A DNA stretch of 63,917 nt, the filler included, from Welwitschia mirabilis (lineage: Eukaryota): assembly GCA_051453625.1 (NCBI GenBank). It is 10 parts of one record of this genome, joined end to end, with 100 filler letters (N's around TTAATTAATTAA, not from the genome) between each part and the next. Parts side by side here need not be neighbours in the genome. Positions count along the whole stretch, not along the records: positions 1 to 9,238 come from JBOZIK010000001.1; positions 9,339 to 11,810 come from JBOZIK010000001.1; positions 11,911 to 20,611 come from JBOZIK010000001.1; 7 more parts are not named here. One strand, given 5' to 3'. The notes beneath the pieces are model-generated. The model searched no databases, was not told the DNA's origin, and saw only the letters and a program-made list of their open reading frames with translations. Both the position numbers and the translations under genes were made by a program. This document shows, one piece after another, positions 1 through 12,316 of the stretch. Position 1 is the first letter of the stretch. Each line of letters starts with the position of its first letter.

Positions 1-195
1 TATAGATTTTCTTTTAGGGTAGAAACCCTAACCCTAACTTCTAGAACTTTTTAGATGACCCCATTAGACTTCCCTTCATGTTTTTAATATTAAATTACAA
101 CAAGAAAAGGGACCACATAAAAATATATAAAGTCACACTATAAAGGAATAAATAACATCAAGAGATTTGGCTTCACTTCCAACAAATCTCCCCTA
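1..195 (-). mobile_element. Partial Ty1/copia 3' LTR plus polypurine tract (Tork-like), truncated by the window start
   Basis: The LTR-type end ...ttggcttcacttccaACA (to 184) is followed by aatctcccct, whose reverse complement is a PPT (AGGGGAGATT) abutting TGTTGG. Similar termini occur at 5433-5451 and 18639-18657. Confidence 0.6.
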
Positions 196-199
196 TTAG

Positions 200-3100
200 T
201 TCCCTAATTATGCTTAAGGATTTCCTAATCCCTTTTCGTGTTCCTCCCTTCTTTCCCTCCCACTCCTTTCAGCCCTTCTGCTTGCTTGCATTTTCACCCT
301 TGTTTTTCCATCGCTTTAGAGGATGATTGGCAGTGGACAAGTGTTGGTCCCCAACCCAACCCCTCTAGAGTTAGGGGACCCCTTTCTCTAAAGCCTCACC
401 CTTTCTTTGCTATTCTTCCTCCATTCCATCCTCTCACCATTGTTCCATCACCATCCTGAGTTTTTCACCCCAAGAAGGTGACTTTATGGAGGCGCTTCAT
501 CTGAGCCCTCCCTTCTCTTCCATGCCCAAGGGCTCTCAGCCTTACCTCAATCCTTGCCTCCAATTCAAGAGCCTATTTTTGAGTGTTTCTATAACCATTC
601 TGTCCTTCTGGCCTTTAGTCAAATAGGTTGCCTTCTCAAGATGACATCGTTCCCCTAGGGGTGCCACCTCACCCTTCCAAGTCCTCCACTTCCTCTCTTC
701 CATCCATCCACTTTCTCCCTCAATAGCCACCTTCCCCTTCTCATTCTCCTTTCCTTTCCTTTCCATCTTCTATCTTTCACCTTGCTCCCCAAATCTTCCT
801 CCACTTATCCAGAGCATGGAAGACAAGGTCCCTCATGACCCCCCGCCCCTCCTCACTTCTATACCCTGGGCACCGAAGAGACTACCATGCCTCTAGATTC
901 CATGCCTAAGGTGTGAAAGTTAGCTTCTCACCCTTCCTCTTCAACATTTTGCTAACTCTAGAACTCCTTTTAACATTTGACAACTACCTCCCTTTGATAA
1001 GCCCTGCTCCTAGCCCCTTTGTAGATAAGTCTTGTCCTAGATGGCCTCAGCCCTTCCCTTCACTCCTCCTCTCGGCCCCCGCACCCTTGCCCACGTCCAT
1101 ACCCAAGGCATTGAAGAGACCACGATGCCTCTAGATTCCATGCCTAAGGTGTGGAAGTCACCTTCTCACCCTTCCTTTTCAACCTTCCACTAACTCTGAA
1201 ACCCCTTTTGACATTAAACAACTCTTCCTTTTGCTAAGCCTTATTGCTAGCCCCTTTGCAGACAAGTCATGTCCTAGATGGACTAATCCCTTCCCTTCGC
1301 TCGTCCTCTAGAAGAGATCCATCCTTTTCCCCTTTCTCTTTCCCCTTTCCCTAGTCCTCTTTCCTCACTCACTTTCTCTTCCCCTCACCCTAGAGGGTCC
1401 CTCATCTCAAGATTCCACCCTCAGAGTGTGTAAGACCTCTTCCTTCCCTCTACCCTAAGGACTTTGTTTAGACTACATTTGCATGAAGGTTATCTTCTTT
1501 TGGAACACGTCTTAACTTTAGAGGTTTGCTCGTGTAGTGATCCAAGCTAAGTTTAGAGTCCATCTAAGTAAGAGCGTTCCCCCAACGTCAGAAAATCAAT
1601 TGGAAGTCATTTTCTTCTCCCTTTTTCCCTTGCCTTTCTGTTTTCCCTCATCTTCTCTCTCTTTCCCTCCCATCTTCCCTCTCTCTCCTTCCTCCACCCC
1701 TAGCCATCTTTGCTGCCGAAAGGCATGGTGTTTGACCGTACTTCCATGCCTAGAGTGTGCAAGACTCTAGTCACCCACTTTTAAAATCTAGCTCTTATCC
1801 TTTAAGCCCAACTTGATGTCTCCTTCATAGTCAGGATCCCCCTTCAAGTGCTCTCTGTTGGACTACTTGCTTCTGTTGAGATCAATCTCTAATGTCCCTC
1901 GTTTTCTTGTCTCCTAGGTCTTCCAAACCCCTTTTCCCACTTTGCTCCCTTCATGATTGCCATTCTCATCAAGCTTCTTCAAGATGTTGGATCTAGAAGA
2001 GCTCTAAGGTAGTATCAAATCCTTAGGACGCACCAAAATCAAAGGAGTCTTCTTGTGTTGTTACACTACAGGATGAGTAGTCACCTTCTGATCATGGAGG
2101 TGACTACTGTTCCAATGGGATAACCCTCTCTGGCACTATCAAGGACCAGCCAATTCTCTCAATATTGTGCTACCGTTCAAGCAGTTCGATCATCACTGGC
2201 CCACAACTAGCTCAAAGACAATGTCAAGGTGCTATCTAAACCTTCATCACTATGCCCCCTTGCCTTTCTTCCATGTTACTCCCTCTTCTTTGCACTTAGT
2301 CTAGAGATGCAGTCCTTCCCTTTCTCTCCTGCTTCTAGGTCCTCACATCTAGAGGGCCCTCTCTTTGTTCATTAACTCATTTCTATTTTCCCTCATTCCA
2401 ACTACTCTTTAGGTGAGTAATATTGCTCTTTGTCTAGCCACTTCCCTTTTGATGCTTAGATAATAGCCTCGGTCTCTATTAACGATAGTCTAGAATTCCA
2501 CAAGAAAATGCACTCGCAATTTCCCTCTTTGAAGTTCTCCTCTTTTAAGAATCACATACAAGTTTTCCTTGAGTTACTAAAGAAGTCTTTCACTTTCTTT
2601 ATATTTTATCTTTTAGTTGTCCTCCTCTCCAAAGTAAGGAAGGACCCTATATAAACTCGTTCCTTCCTCCCTCTGAAGAGAGGGCATCATTTTATAGTTG
2701 AAGTGTCTTTTGAATGTAATAAGTGTTATTTTCTCTCATGCTCTAGCACTTACAATTTCTAGGTACATCGGAGATCACTATGAAAAGGACTGTACTTACA
2801 ACAAGCCCCTTGTGTGCAACAAAGGAATTCAACCTTGACAGTGTACATATCTTCCCTCTTCTGGCCTAGCCTTGGGAGGAGATCTGCTTGAAAACTCTAT
2901 TCCCATTCACTTTCCCTTTCACGAATAACCTAGAGCAATCTAGAGGATGTCTCCTTCCCTTTGAAGCCCTCCCTTTCTTACCCTTTACAATATTTTCATC
3001 TTTTATCTTAAAACTAAAAAAAAAGATTCAAGTCCTTTGTTTTGTGAGGTTTCCTGCTAGGCTTGCACCTTGCTTTACACCGTGCCCCAAATACTTTGTA

Positions 3101-3289
3101 CCTTGAGTGTTTCCTACTAAGCTTTGCCTCGTGCTTTATGTTGTGCCTTAGTTACTTTATACGTTAAGGGCTCAACCTTTGGATATACCTAATTTCCCAC
3201 CATGCTCTTAAATAATTGCAAGCTGCCTGACCCTAGAAAGTGGACATTATTGTTCTTTCCAAGACTAGGGAAAGGAGTTTACATCAACA
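200..3289 (+). mobile_element. Tat/Retand-like Ty3/gypsy 3' region and LTR, decayed
   Basis: Pyrimidine-rich plus strand with a stop-riddled antisense ORF relic. TATA-like cctatataaa near 2646. Ends ...cctagaaagtggacattattgtt...tttacatcAACA at 3289, the same terminus as the LTR ending at 12316. The lineage call is an inference from the terminus style. Confidence 0.5.
838..1310 (+). repeat. Diverged tandem duplication, period about 238 bp
   Basis: gaagagac...atgcctctagattccatgcctaaggtgtg begins at 875 and again at 1113, and the downstream sequence aligns for about 200 bp. Confidence 0.85.
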
Positions 3290-4521
3290 AGAACCACATC
3301 TCAAAGAATCCACAATGTGCTAAGGCTTTTTAGCTAGATTGAATAGATCTTTGAGGATCTTTGATCGATTTTCTCTTGTTGTTCTTTATGTAACTAACTG
3401 GATTTCTCAATTATTAAAGGACCTAAACAAAATATGAAGCAAGGTAAAACATATTGATGTGGAGAAAAAATGCATACAATTGAGAGACCAATCCCTATGT
3501 GACATGAAACGACTCGTGTCTAATGTCACTAGAACATAAAAGCAATTTGTAATTTGTGATGCTAAAGATTTACTTCACATCCTTGTCACATCTCATTCCA
3601 CATCTCATCTTGCCACCAAAGAGAGAGTCATTGCCATGAAAATATTCAATCAACATAGCCTTTATCGTACTCATCTTTGTTCACCACTCAAGTTCGTCGA
3701 AGAAGTGCACTCAAAACCTTAAAGCTACTCACTCTATGCTTTGCTCTATACTTTAGGGCGGTGCCTTAATGAAAGATATTTTGTTCTATGGTCAAATGTA
3801 GAAAATAACGGAGGCTTAAGGAATTGTGAATCATTAATGGTATGTGCACATGTAAACCTACATGAACTTGGCCAATCCTAACAGGTAGGAGCCCAAAGGA
3901 GGGTCTAATGGACTAAGCACAAGATTTTGAGTTATGGCTTTGTGGGAAAACAACTCATTCATCATTCATATGGGGGCTAAATGTAATGTGTGGATTAAGC
4001 AAGGAGGTAGAATACTAAAGCATAATGCCCAATTTAATATTAATGGTAGTACTTGCATGTATAAACTATGCATTGAAATTAATTATTATTTATGAAAGAA
4101 ACATAAGGAAGTGTTTAATCCCTCATTTTAGAAATTAACATCAAGAAAAGTTTGAAACTGTTTAAAGACACAATGTTTACCCAAGATTTACGAAGTAAAT
4201 AGGTATGGAAGCAAAAGCCACACAAAAAAGGCACTGCTTTTTCTAACTAGTAACTTTTTCTGGTTTTGGCAACATTACAACTACCCAGTGAACACACCAA
4301 CTGCCTTTTCTTCCTCCTTTCTTTTTTTCCCTTATGGAGAAAGTTAATTCATAGAAATCATACAACACTCACCAAGGTTACTTATCTGTTTGACAAGATA
4401 AAAATCCATGGTTGGCCTCTACTAAACTATTTTAAGTCTCCCCTATGGATAGTATCCAATATTGAAGCTCGCTCTAGGTGCAACTTGAATATATAACTAG
4501 AAGAATTGAAGAATTCTTAAG

Positions 4522-4603
4522 CATGGACAACAAAATTTGAACCCATGCAGGCAAAGCCCACATGATTTCTAGTCATGCCTGATAACCATAGCGCACATTA
4601 TGA
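4522..4603 (-). pseudogene. tRNA-Ser(AGA) pseudogene
   Basis: The reverse complement reads ...TGGTTATCAGGCATGACTAGAAATCATGTGGGCTTTGCCTGCATGGGTTCAAATTTTGTTGTCCATG, matching plant cytosolic tRNA-Ser(AGA). The anticodon stem-loop CATGA-CTAGAAA-TCATG and the variable arm are intact. The T-stem, B-box and acceptor stem are eroded by C>T/G>A changes. Confidence 0.85.
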
Positions 4604-4960
4604 GACGCTTGAATTTTTCACCATGCTTTTTTATCATAGTTTGGAGATGTGGAATTGGAGCATAATCAGATTTTTGTTTGGAGATTAAAACTAAAGTAAT
4701 CAGCTGGAGTCAAGAAATGAAATTACACAAAAACAAGAAACCACAAATGACATAAAATATAGATAGTTTCAACATTATTAACAGTTTCGTAATTATCATC
4801 CCTAAGATAACTTTGAATAATAGGATGTATGGAGTAGGTTCTCATTATCAATGAAACAATATCTTAAATAATAGTTACAAGGCAAACCAAATAGTTAGAA
4901 TTTTCATAAAGGCCAGTGTATGTGAGGTAGATTAACAATCCAATTAAGAAAACAAAATGA

Positions 4961-5451
4961 TGTTACAAGAGGTATCTATAAAAAGAACGAAAATACAAAT
5001 TCAAAAGTCTAGGAGCTAGTAAAGAAGATTGCATAGCAAAAAATCAAAGTTTACATGTAGCAGCAATAGAAGGAATAGCAAACCATGAAACACCAAAAAG
5101 TGGAAAATAAGAAAAATCCACAAGACACGCAAATCTACATGACAAAACCCTCAAAGGCAGAGGAAAACATCCACAAGAGAAGAAAGAGCTCTATTATTAG
5201 TTATGTAAATGAGCCTACAACCATCTAATATGCATGGACCCAAGCCCTTTAAATAGAGTTAAGGTTTTACCCATGCCAAGTTTAAAGCCTTAAAAGTCAC
5301 CTTATATTTGCTTGCATGCCTCATTTATTCATAGGTCTTGCTTTATATTTTAACTTTATTTAGGACATGTGAATAGACTACAAGGGCTAATTTTTCTTTA
5401 CAACATAACACACAAGAATTCCCACACAAGACTTGGCTTTGAACCGTAACA
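4961..5451 (-). mobile_element. Ty1/copia 3' LTR (491 bp)
   Basis: Inverted termini TGTTAC...GTAACA. Directly followed by atctcctact, a PPT on the minus strand. Confidence 0.7.
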
Positions 5452-6150
5452 ATCTCCTACTTGAAGACAAATCTACCTTCTCCATTTATGCAAAGCAACT
5501 AGAATACCAATGTGGTTTCCAACATTGCTTAACATCTTGCTATTATGATACCTCCCACTAAAACAACGATCAACAAGATCAAAGCATCCTTAACCAAATT
5601 GACCAAAATAGGCTGAATCATGGGAAACAAAAGCCAGGTTACAACCGTAACAAATTAGAAGCTATGCAACAAATAGTTCTCTTGAGTGCTAAAACTAGTG
5701 CTTTCCAAAACCCTTTAGCATAGAAAGTTCTTGCGCTAAACTATGAGAACAGACCTAATGCAATCCTAGTGGTATGCAAGACAAGTGGCTAATTTCTATA
5801 GACTTCTACATTAACTTAAAAAATTATACCTATTGAAAACTTGTAGCAAACCAAGGAACAAAACACTATATAACTCCTATTAGCAATATGTCATAATGCA
5901 AAGACAATAGACCATGACTCAACTTGAAAGCATTAGATAGTATCATCCTCCCTAGCAACAATGCCAACCTATCTTGAAGACTCGACTTGTTGGAGAAATC
6001 ATCATCATGCACAAGTGATGTGTAGTTTCTCTCTATATGTACTTCCTTGTTGCATTTCCAACAAATTGGTTGTCATTAACTATTTTGTGTGCTTTTGCTT
6101 TTGATTTTGTTCACATTTATCTCCTTATGCTTGCTTAGTGAAAGTTTCAA
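5452..6150 (-). mobile_element. Internal relic of a deleted copia element with a gag zinc-knuckle remnant
   Basis: The minus strand near 6025-6063 encodes CWKCNKEVHIERNY, a degenerate CX2CX4HX4C. No pol motifs were seen between it and the PPT/LTR. Confidence 0.5.
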
Positions 6151-6169
6151 TTTCCTAATGTATCTCTCG

Positions 6170-8290
6170 TGATGTTTGAATTTAGATTCTATTGCTTCCT
6201 ATCATGTTTGTCCACACAAAGAAATATTCATATCCTATGAGATGGTCTCCAATGGTGTTGTTTCTTTAGGAGATAATTACACATGTAAGTTCAAAGGGAT
6301 TGGATCCATAATGTTGAAATGGTTAAATGAATAGAGCTTGAATCTGCACAATATTAGGTATATCCCCATAATGGGGAACAATTGCATATCCATCGTCAGT
6401 TGGATGAAGGTGGTTGTATATTCACATTTAGAAACAGCAATTGGAAGATTGCCAAGGGAGCAATGGTGTTGTTTCATGCCAAGATGTAGGGATCCATGTA
6501 CATGTTGAAAGCTAAAACTATGTCTCAAAATGTTGTAATGGCACAGGAAAATAGTTTAGTTTTATGGCATCATAAGCTAGGACATCTAAGAAAAACTGAT
6601 CTAAAAGCTCTTTAGTCAAAGAAGCTACTACCTATGGGAACCTCCATCGCTCTTGGTTTTTGTTCTAACTATGCAGTAGGTAAAAGTAAAAAGCATGAAC
6701 TTTAGAAGAAAGTTTCAATGTAGAAAGCCACTATTTTACATTTGATTCATCTAGATTTAGTGGGACTCATATATCTTGTTTCTACATGCAATGCTTCAAT
6801 TTCACTACTTTTGTTGATAATAAAAGTAGGAAAATATGGTTAAATCCCTTTAAATCAAAAAACATGTCCTTTTAACACATTTAAATATTTCTATAGTTGA
6901 AACTGAAATAGACAAGAAAATAAAACATTTGCTAATTAACAATGGTGGTGAATTTTGCTTATTGGAGTTTGAGAAATTTCGCAAGGAAGCAAGGATTCTC
7001 TATGAGAAACAAGTTCTTGTGCACCCCAACAAAATCTAGTTGCAAAAAGACATAATAGAAACATCATGGAAAGGGTCAAAACTTCAATGGCTAAAATCAG
7101 AGTTCCCAAGAAGCTATGGATAGAGGCAACAACAACAATTGCATACTTGCTAAACAAGTCAATGCATACAACTCTCAAAAGGTGAAATTCTGGAAATGCT
7201 ATGGAGTGGGAGTTCCATCTTCCTAATCCGTATCGTTATGTTTGAATGTAAGGCTTATAGTCATGTGGCTACTACATCTAAGTTTGATGCCCATGCATGC
7301 AAGTGTGCTTTCATTGACTATAATGATGATGAGAGGGTGTAGACTATTCGATCCCAGGAATTAGAAACTGTTCAAGTCACATGACGTGGGGTTCAAGGAA
7401 GATGTGATGTTGTCCACTCACACAAGAAGGTATAGGATAAGGAAGGTCATGTCTAACACCCAGCAAGCACATTTTTGAAGTCTTAGATCAAGAAGAAAAA
7501 GAGTAAAGAGTCTTGGATGATGGCAGCTCTAAATCAAATTTAGCAGTAATGGCAATGATGCGAATATGCATGCAAACTTGCAAGATCCTAAAGTTCATGA
7601 GAAGCATTTTGACAAACCTAAAACACTAATAGTTTGGGTTAGGAGGCCTATAAGGATATCTGGAGCTCCAATCAAGTATTCTCCTTCTTTGAATAACATG
7701 TTGTATACTAATTGTAGTAAACCTGAAATCTATGAACATACAATCCGTAGCCAAGATTCCGAACAACTGCTTGAGCCATGCAAGCATAGGTGAACTCTTT
7801 CTTTTAGAATAAAACATAGGAACTTGTAATTCTTCCCAAAGACAAATGTGCTCTTGCTAATTGATAGTTGTACAGGTTCAAAGAAGAGGCTAATGATGAG
7901 AAGTGATAGAAGGCCATGTCAAAAGCTAAAGGCTTTAAGCAAAAGCTTGCTATTGACTTTACTGAAATTTTTTGACTTATAGTAAAACATGCTTCATCAT
8001 CTTCTCTTTAGTTGTGTGTCTTAATGTGGAATTTGAACAATTGGACATTAAAATAACTTCTCCACATAATGACTTAATGAAGAAAATCTATATCAAACAA
8101 CCTGATCCTAGATCTATGTATAGATTGAGAAAAGGCTTATATGGCTTGAAACAACATCCTAAACAATGGTATAAAAATTTGGATTCTTTTATGCACAAGC
8201 AACAACTTTGCAACTGTGAAGTTGATAATCGTGTGTATTTACATGGCTCAGTGATAGATAAAATCGTCATTCTATAAGTCAATGTTGTGT
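6170..8290 (+). mobile_element. Ty1/copia (Tnt1/Tork-like) pol pseudogene: protease, integrase, partial RT
   Basis: Motifs occur in copia order: LDSIASYHVCPH (protease), LGDNYTCKFKGIG, LWHHKLGHL, LIHLDLVG (integrase), then EQLDIK and YRLRKGLYGLKQHPKQWY (RT, ORF 7972-8277). There are many stops and frameshifts. Confidence 0.9.
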
Positions 8291-8989
8291 TAGAAGACAT
8301 TTTGTCATTGATGCCACTTCAAGAAATTGGTTTTGGGTGTTTTCTTAAGTGTTGTTTCATGTTGGATCGAGTAGATCTTTAGTGAGGGTGCCCTAAAGAC
8401 TTCGTGATATTTTGAGTTAGAAATTGAATTAGATGAGGTGACCGAACATTTTTTGAGGTCAACCAAATTTACATCAACTAGGAACCATTGTCAGAAAACT
8501 GAATCTTTTGAGGGCAACCAAACATTTTCTAAGATTAACCAGATTCAAGTCAGCTAATAATCACTATATGAAGACCGAATATTTTGAAGGCAACCAAACT
8601 TTTCCTAAGGGGGACTAGATCTCCACAAAAGTTCTTTAGCATGCTTGTCAAGTCAATCAGATGTTTCATAAGGTTGATCGATCAACTAGCCATTTAATTT
8701 TTTTCCCACAAACATTAGTGCACTCTAGTTCATTCAGGGCAAGATCAAGGGAGCTAGAGATCATTTACAAGTTACCAAATCAATCAGAGAACCCTAGACA
8801 CTTAAATAGAACCAAAAAGTTGTTAAGGCCAATGCTTCCTTGGTGAAAAATCACTATGTATTCTCTAAAAACTTTCTCAATGCGCCAATCTTGTGAACAA
8901 TATACTTCTCTTCAAGTTATCATTGTACCATCAAGCTTTGATAGCTCTTCTTCTTTGCGCTTAACTTCGAATGATATAATGCAATTATG

Positions 8990-9095
8990 TATTGGACTCA
9001 CTACCATCATAACAAAAGCGATGACTTAGGTGGAAACTAGAACCTTTCATATGTACCCACTCATCTGGTCAGGCATGGTGAGTACATACCCAACA
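8990..9095 (-). mobile_element. Diverged single LTR of the same TRIM family as 15764-16076
   Basis: The reverse complement tgttgggtatgtactcaccatgcctgaccagatgagtgg...tttccacctaagtcatcgcttttgttatgatggtagtgagtccaata aligns end to end with the 106-bp TRIM LTR. Confidence 0.8.
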
Positions 9096-9097
9096 AT

Positions 9098-10093
9098 TGT
9101 TAGGATCAAAGAAGCACCCTAGAGGGAGGGGGGGTGAATAAGGTAATTTCTCTTTATTGCAAACTAAGAGTATAAATTCGAAATTGAATCTTCACAAATA
9201 TTTTATTAAACAAAATCAATCAAGGAATTTAACTAAAANNNNNNNNNNNNNNNNNNNNNNNNNNNNNNNNNNNNNNNNNNNNTTAATTAATTAANNNNNN
9301 NNNNNNNNNNNNNNNNNNNNNNNNNNNNNNNNNNNNNNTATAGGCCCTCCTCAATTGCCTCAGCTTATGTTATTCTTTACAAGATCCCTAAGCAGAAAAA
9401 ACTGACCTATCATGTCAATAAACTTACAATGTAGTAGTATGGTCTCGGCTCTTGATCTACTACTTCTCTAAAGTCTTTAAACTGAATATCAAACTCTAAA
9501 TGCGTTTTTTGATTTTTGAAACTTGCATTATATTTTGTCCTTTTTTTACCACTGAGTCTTTATATTTATTTCATACATAATGTTCATGTTATTCTCTACT
9601 CCAGGTGTCAATGTTTAGTTTGAATTTCAAAACAAAAAAACCTTGTGACATGATTTATGAATTTAACTTATACTCTAGAAAACTTAAATGACCGATAGCA
9701 ACAAATCAATTTAACGTACAAAGCTCTGATTTTAAATAAGTCCATGAGTTTAAAGGGTTAACTCAAAACTCAATCAACTACAAACTCATTATTGAAATTT
9801 TCAATTAGCATACTGGAATATAACACTGTTAAAGTGACATTGACCTGTAGAAATCCATTTATAAGTCCTACTTCCCTACGGAAGATCCTTGCATCCACAA
9901 AAATACATATTGTGATTAAGAAAACTTGTGAGGAGAAACCTTTAAATTACACATCCAAGCCATTTTTGACTTGTCAAATTTTGTTTATTATATCAAATAA
10001 ATAAACATGTAATTACAGTAATAAATTCTAGAATAATTCCCAAGAAGCAAATAAGCAAAAAATAGTACTGTGGGATTGAACAACTTGCATTCA
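9098..10093 (-). mobile_element. Sirevirus (SIRE) LTR, interrupted by a scaffold gap
   Basis: Starts tgttaggatc...ccctagagggagggggggtgaata, the reverse of the C-rich Sirevirus LTR-end motif TATTCACCCCC..CTCTAG. Ends gggattgaacaacttgcattCA. The two halves may come from different copies. Confidence 0.65.
9283..9294. other. Artificial scaffold linker TTAATTAATTAA inside a 100-nt gap (also at 11855, 20656, 24836, 28485, 49936, 52097, 55118 and 62613)
   Basis: An identical 12-mer with stops in all six frames, always flanked by 44 N on each side. Confidence 0.95.
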
Positions 10094-10429
10094 TGAACTA
10101 TACATGCCTAGCAATTTTCAGTGCGATGAGACAATGTGCATGGTTAAGAACATTTCCCCAAAATATAAATGTCTCTATGTGCCGTTGTCAAAGCACCAAC
10201 AATAACAAGAAAACTAGAAGAAACCAACCAACATGGCATATCTGTTGCTTATCATGTGATTCTTATGAAGGGCTAAGAACAGTGTCACCAAAATGAATAT
10301 GCATGAAAGCTTATTTAAAAAAAACTTTAAGCTGCTAAAATTTGAAAGCATAATCTCATGTGGCACAAAATTGGGCATATGGTACAAACGCAAATAAACA
10401 ATGTATATGTTTAAGAAAACAAGGCTTGC

Positions 10430-10518
10430 CTTCTGTTAAACTTATAAGGTGATAAAACTCCTGTTGGATCTCGAGCAGCCCACCCTAAGCAATTCACACC
10501 ATCTTCAGTGGTATCCAT
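10430..10518 (-). CDS. CAD: First coding exon of a cinnamyl alcohol dehydrogenase (CAD1-like, zinc-binding medium-chain dehydrogenase)
   Basis: ATG at 10518 encodes MDTTEDGVNCLGWAARDPTGVLSPYKFNR plus AG, the classic CAD N-terminus (GWAARDPxGxLSPY). The exon ends in phase 2 at AG|GCAAG, a GC donor at 10429-10428. An upstream acceptor CAG at 10547-10545 implies a 26-nt UTR part and an intron in the 5' UTR. Confidence 0.9.
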
Positions 10519-11691
10519 GACCAATATGTTCCTTTCAAGAGCAACTGTTGACATCAAATTACCCTTTAAGAGTTCCGACTAAATTTGTAATCCAGTTAAT
10601 GCAGCTACTTGAGAATTGTATTGAGATGTTACAGAGATTCTCCAGATTTGAAGTACTTAAAAGTTAATTTCCTTCAATATTCTGAACTCTGCTGTTACAT
10701 TTGTTTTTATGAGATTGTAAGCCATAGAAAGCTAAAGAGGAAAAAGAAATATCTCGATTTCACAGCAAAATAAAATGACCACATACTTTTTAAATAGCCA
10801 ATCTCCCAGAAGAAATAATGACCTGACAACCTTGAATGACATGAAATAGAAATTAGTAAGATAACAAAGACATTTTAACTGATATAAAAAATGCTGTTAC
10901 TTTTGATATCTCCTGGTAAATTGGAATTTGCATGTACATGATTCCATGCCGAATATTTCTGCCTAACAGAACATGTGAATTACGAAAAAGACTGACATTT
11001 GAAAGCACTGCTTTTAGGAACCTACTGTATTGAAATCCCTAACATTCAGGATCTCCAAGCAAGGAACAATTTAAGAAACAGAAGTAATTTAGAGAAACAA
11101 TGATGACAAGCAAATATAGAGCTAGGCATTTAATCATATTTCCATATGTTTTGTTGCTTTGGCTTCTGGATGAATAACAGAATGGTACATGCAGCAGGTT
11201 GTGAGTTCAAATTATAAACAAGCAGGTAGATAGGTAAAGTTACAGGCATGGGCAAATTACAATCCTATCCAGTGATATCTGGTTGAATAGGTACAAGTCT
11301 GATACTGTGGTGTTTTGTTGCCATTTCTCATGGCATACCTTCTAGACTAGAGAATGAATTATAACATGAAAATAACAGTTCATCTTTGCTACCAAATCAG
11401 ACCGAGTAGAAACAGATTTGGAAGATGCTACAACAAGCAACGTTTTAAAACACACAAATTTATAGTCAAACACAAAATATTAATGACTAGCAAGTTCTAA
11501 ATAGAATAATTGACGAGGAGGTGATCTAAGTCACTGAACCCCTTTGAGAACGAGCTAATTTCTTTTACCAAACAATATGAGAGTCATGACCAATGTGTTG
11601 CCAACGCAAATACATCATAGTTGATCTTTGTAATTTTACATGCTAAATTAATGTCAAATATGTTCTTTATGAAGTAAAATAAAAGTAGAAC

Positions 11692-11810
11692 TGTTGACTA
11701 TTCTGATTGTGTTCAATTGTAGTATGTAATTGGTACTAGCCCCATAATTTGCTATTTTATGTTATTTCCTTAAATCCCACATTGATTAGGCATTTTGTTG
11801 TAGAGGACCT
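11692..11810 (+). mobile_element. Short LTR, copy 1 (truncated by a gap)
   Basis: tgttgactatt...gtagaggacct matches 14890-15008 with 4 mismatches in 119 bp. Preceded by AGAAC. Confidence 0.8.
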
Positions 11811-11910
11811 NNNNNNNNNNNNNNNNNNNNNNNNNNNNNNNNNNNNNNNNNNNNTTAATTAATTAANNNNNNNNNNNNNNNNNNNNNNNNNNNNNNNNNN
11901 NNNNNNNNNN

Positions 11911-12316
11911 GAGAGAGCTTTGGGCATACCGTCCCTCATTCTTTTTTTGAAGAGCTGCGTCTATTTAAAAACAGCCTTGGGAGGAGATCCAATAAGGAAC
12001 CTTTAATCCCAAACCCAGATCTGTTCCATACCCTTCACCTGACATCTTGGAAGAACCTGAGGAGACCTCCTCCTTTAGGAAATCCTCTTCACCCTTCATC
12101 TTTGTTTTCTTCTTTTTGCTTATCCAATACCCATAAGGATTCACCTACGAGGCTTAGCCGATGCTCTAACCTTGTTCCTTGGCTACTTTCTACCTAGAGG
12201 GAAATCACATTGCATTCCTAATTTCTAGGTGCCCTCTAAAAGAAGTTCAGAGCCTCACCCTAGAAAGTAGACATTGTTGTCCCCTCCAAGCCTAAGGAAG
12301 GGAATTTGCATCAACA
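11911..12316 (+). mobile_element. 3' part of a Tat-like LTR related to the LTR ending at 3289
   Basis: Shares agccttgggaggagatc and the terminus cctagaaagt(a/g)gacatt...catcAACA with 2868-3289. Confidence 0.7.

Noticed and set aside
22-38. aaaccctaaccctaa as a telomeric repeat
   Set aside because: Only two units inside an LTR; a common telo-box-like motif.
238-3106. Short plus-strand P/S/F/L-rich ORFs
   Set aside because: They are products of pyrimidine-rich retroelement sequence.
3480-3870. Possible hAT transposase C-terminal relic (ERYF...HVNL-like)
   Set aside because: The similarity is too weak to support without an alignment.
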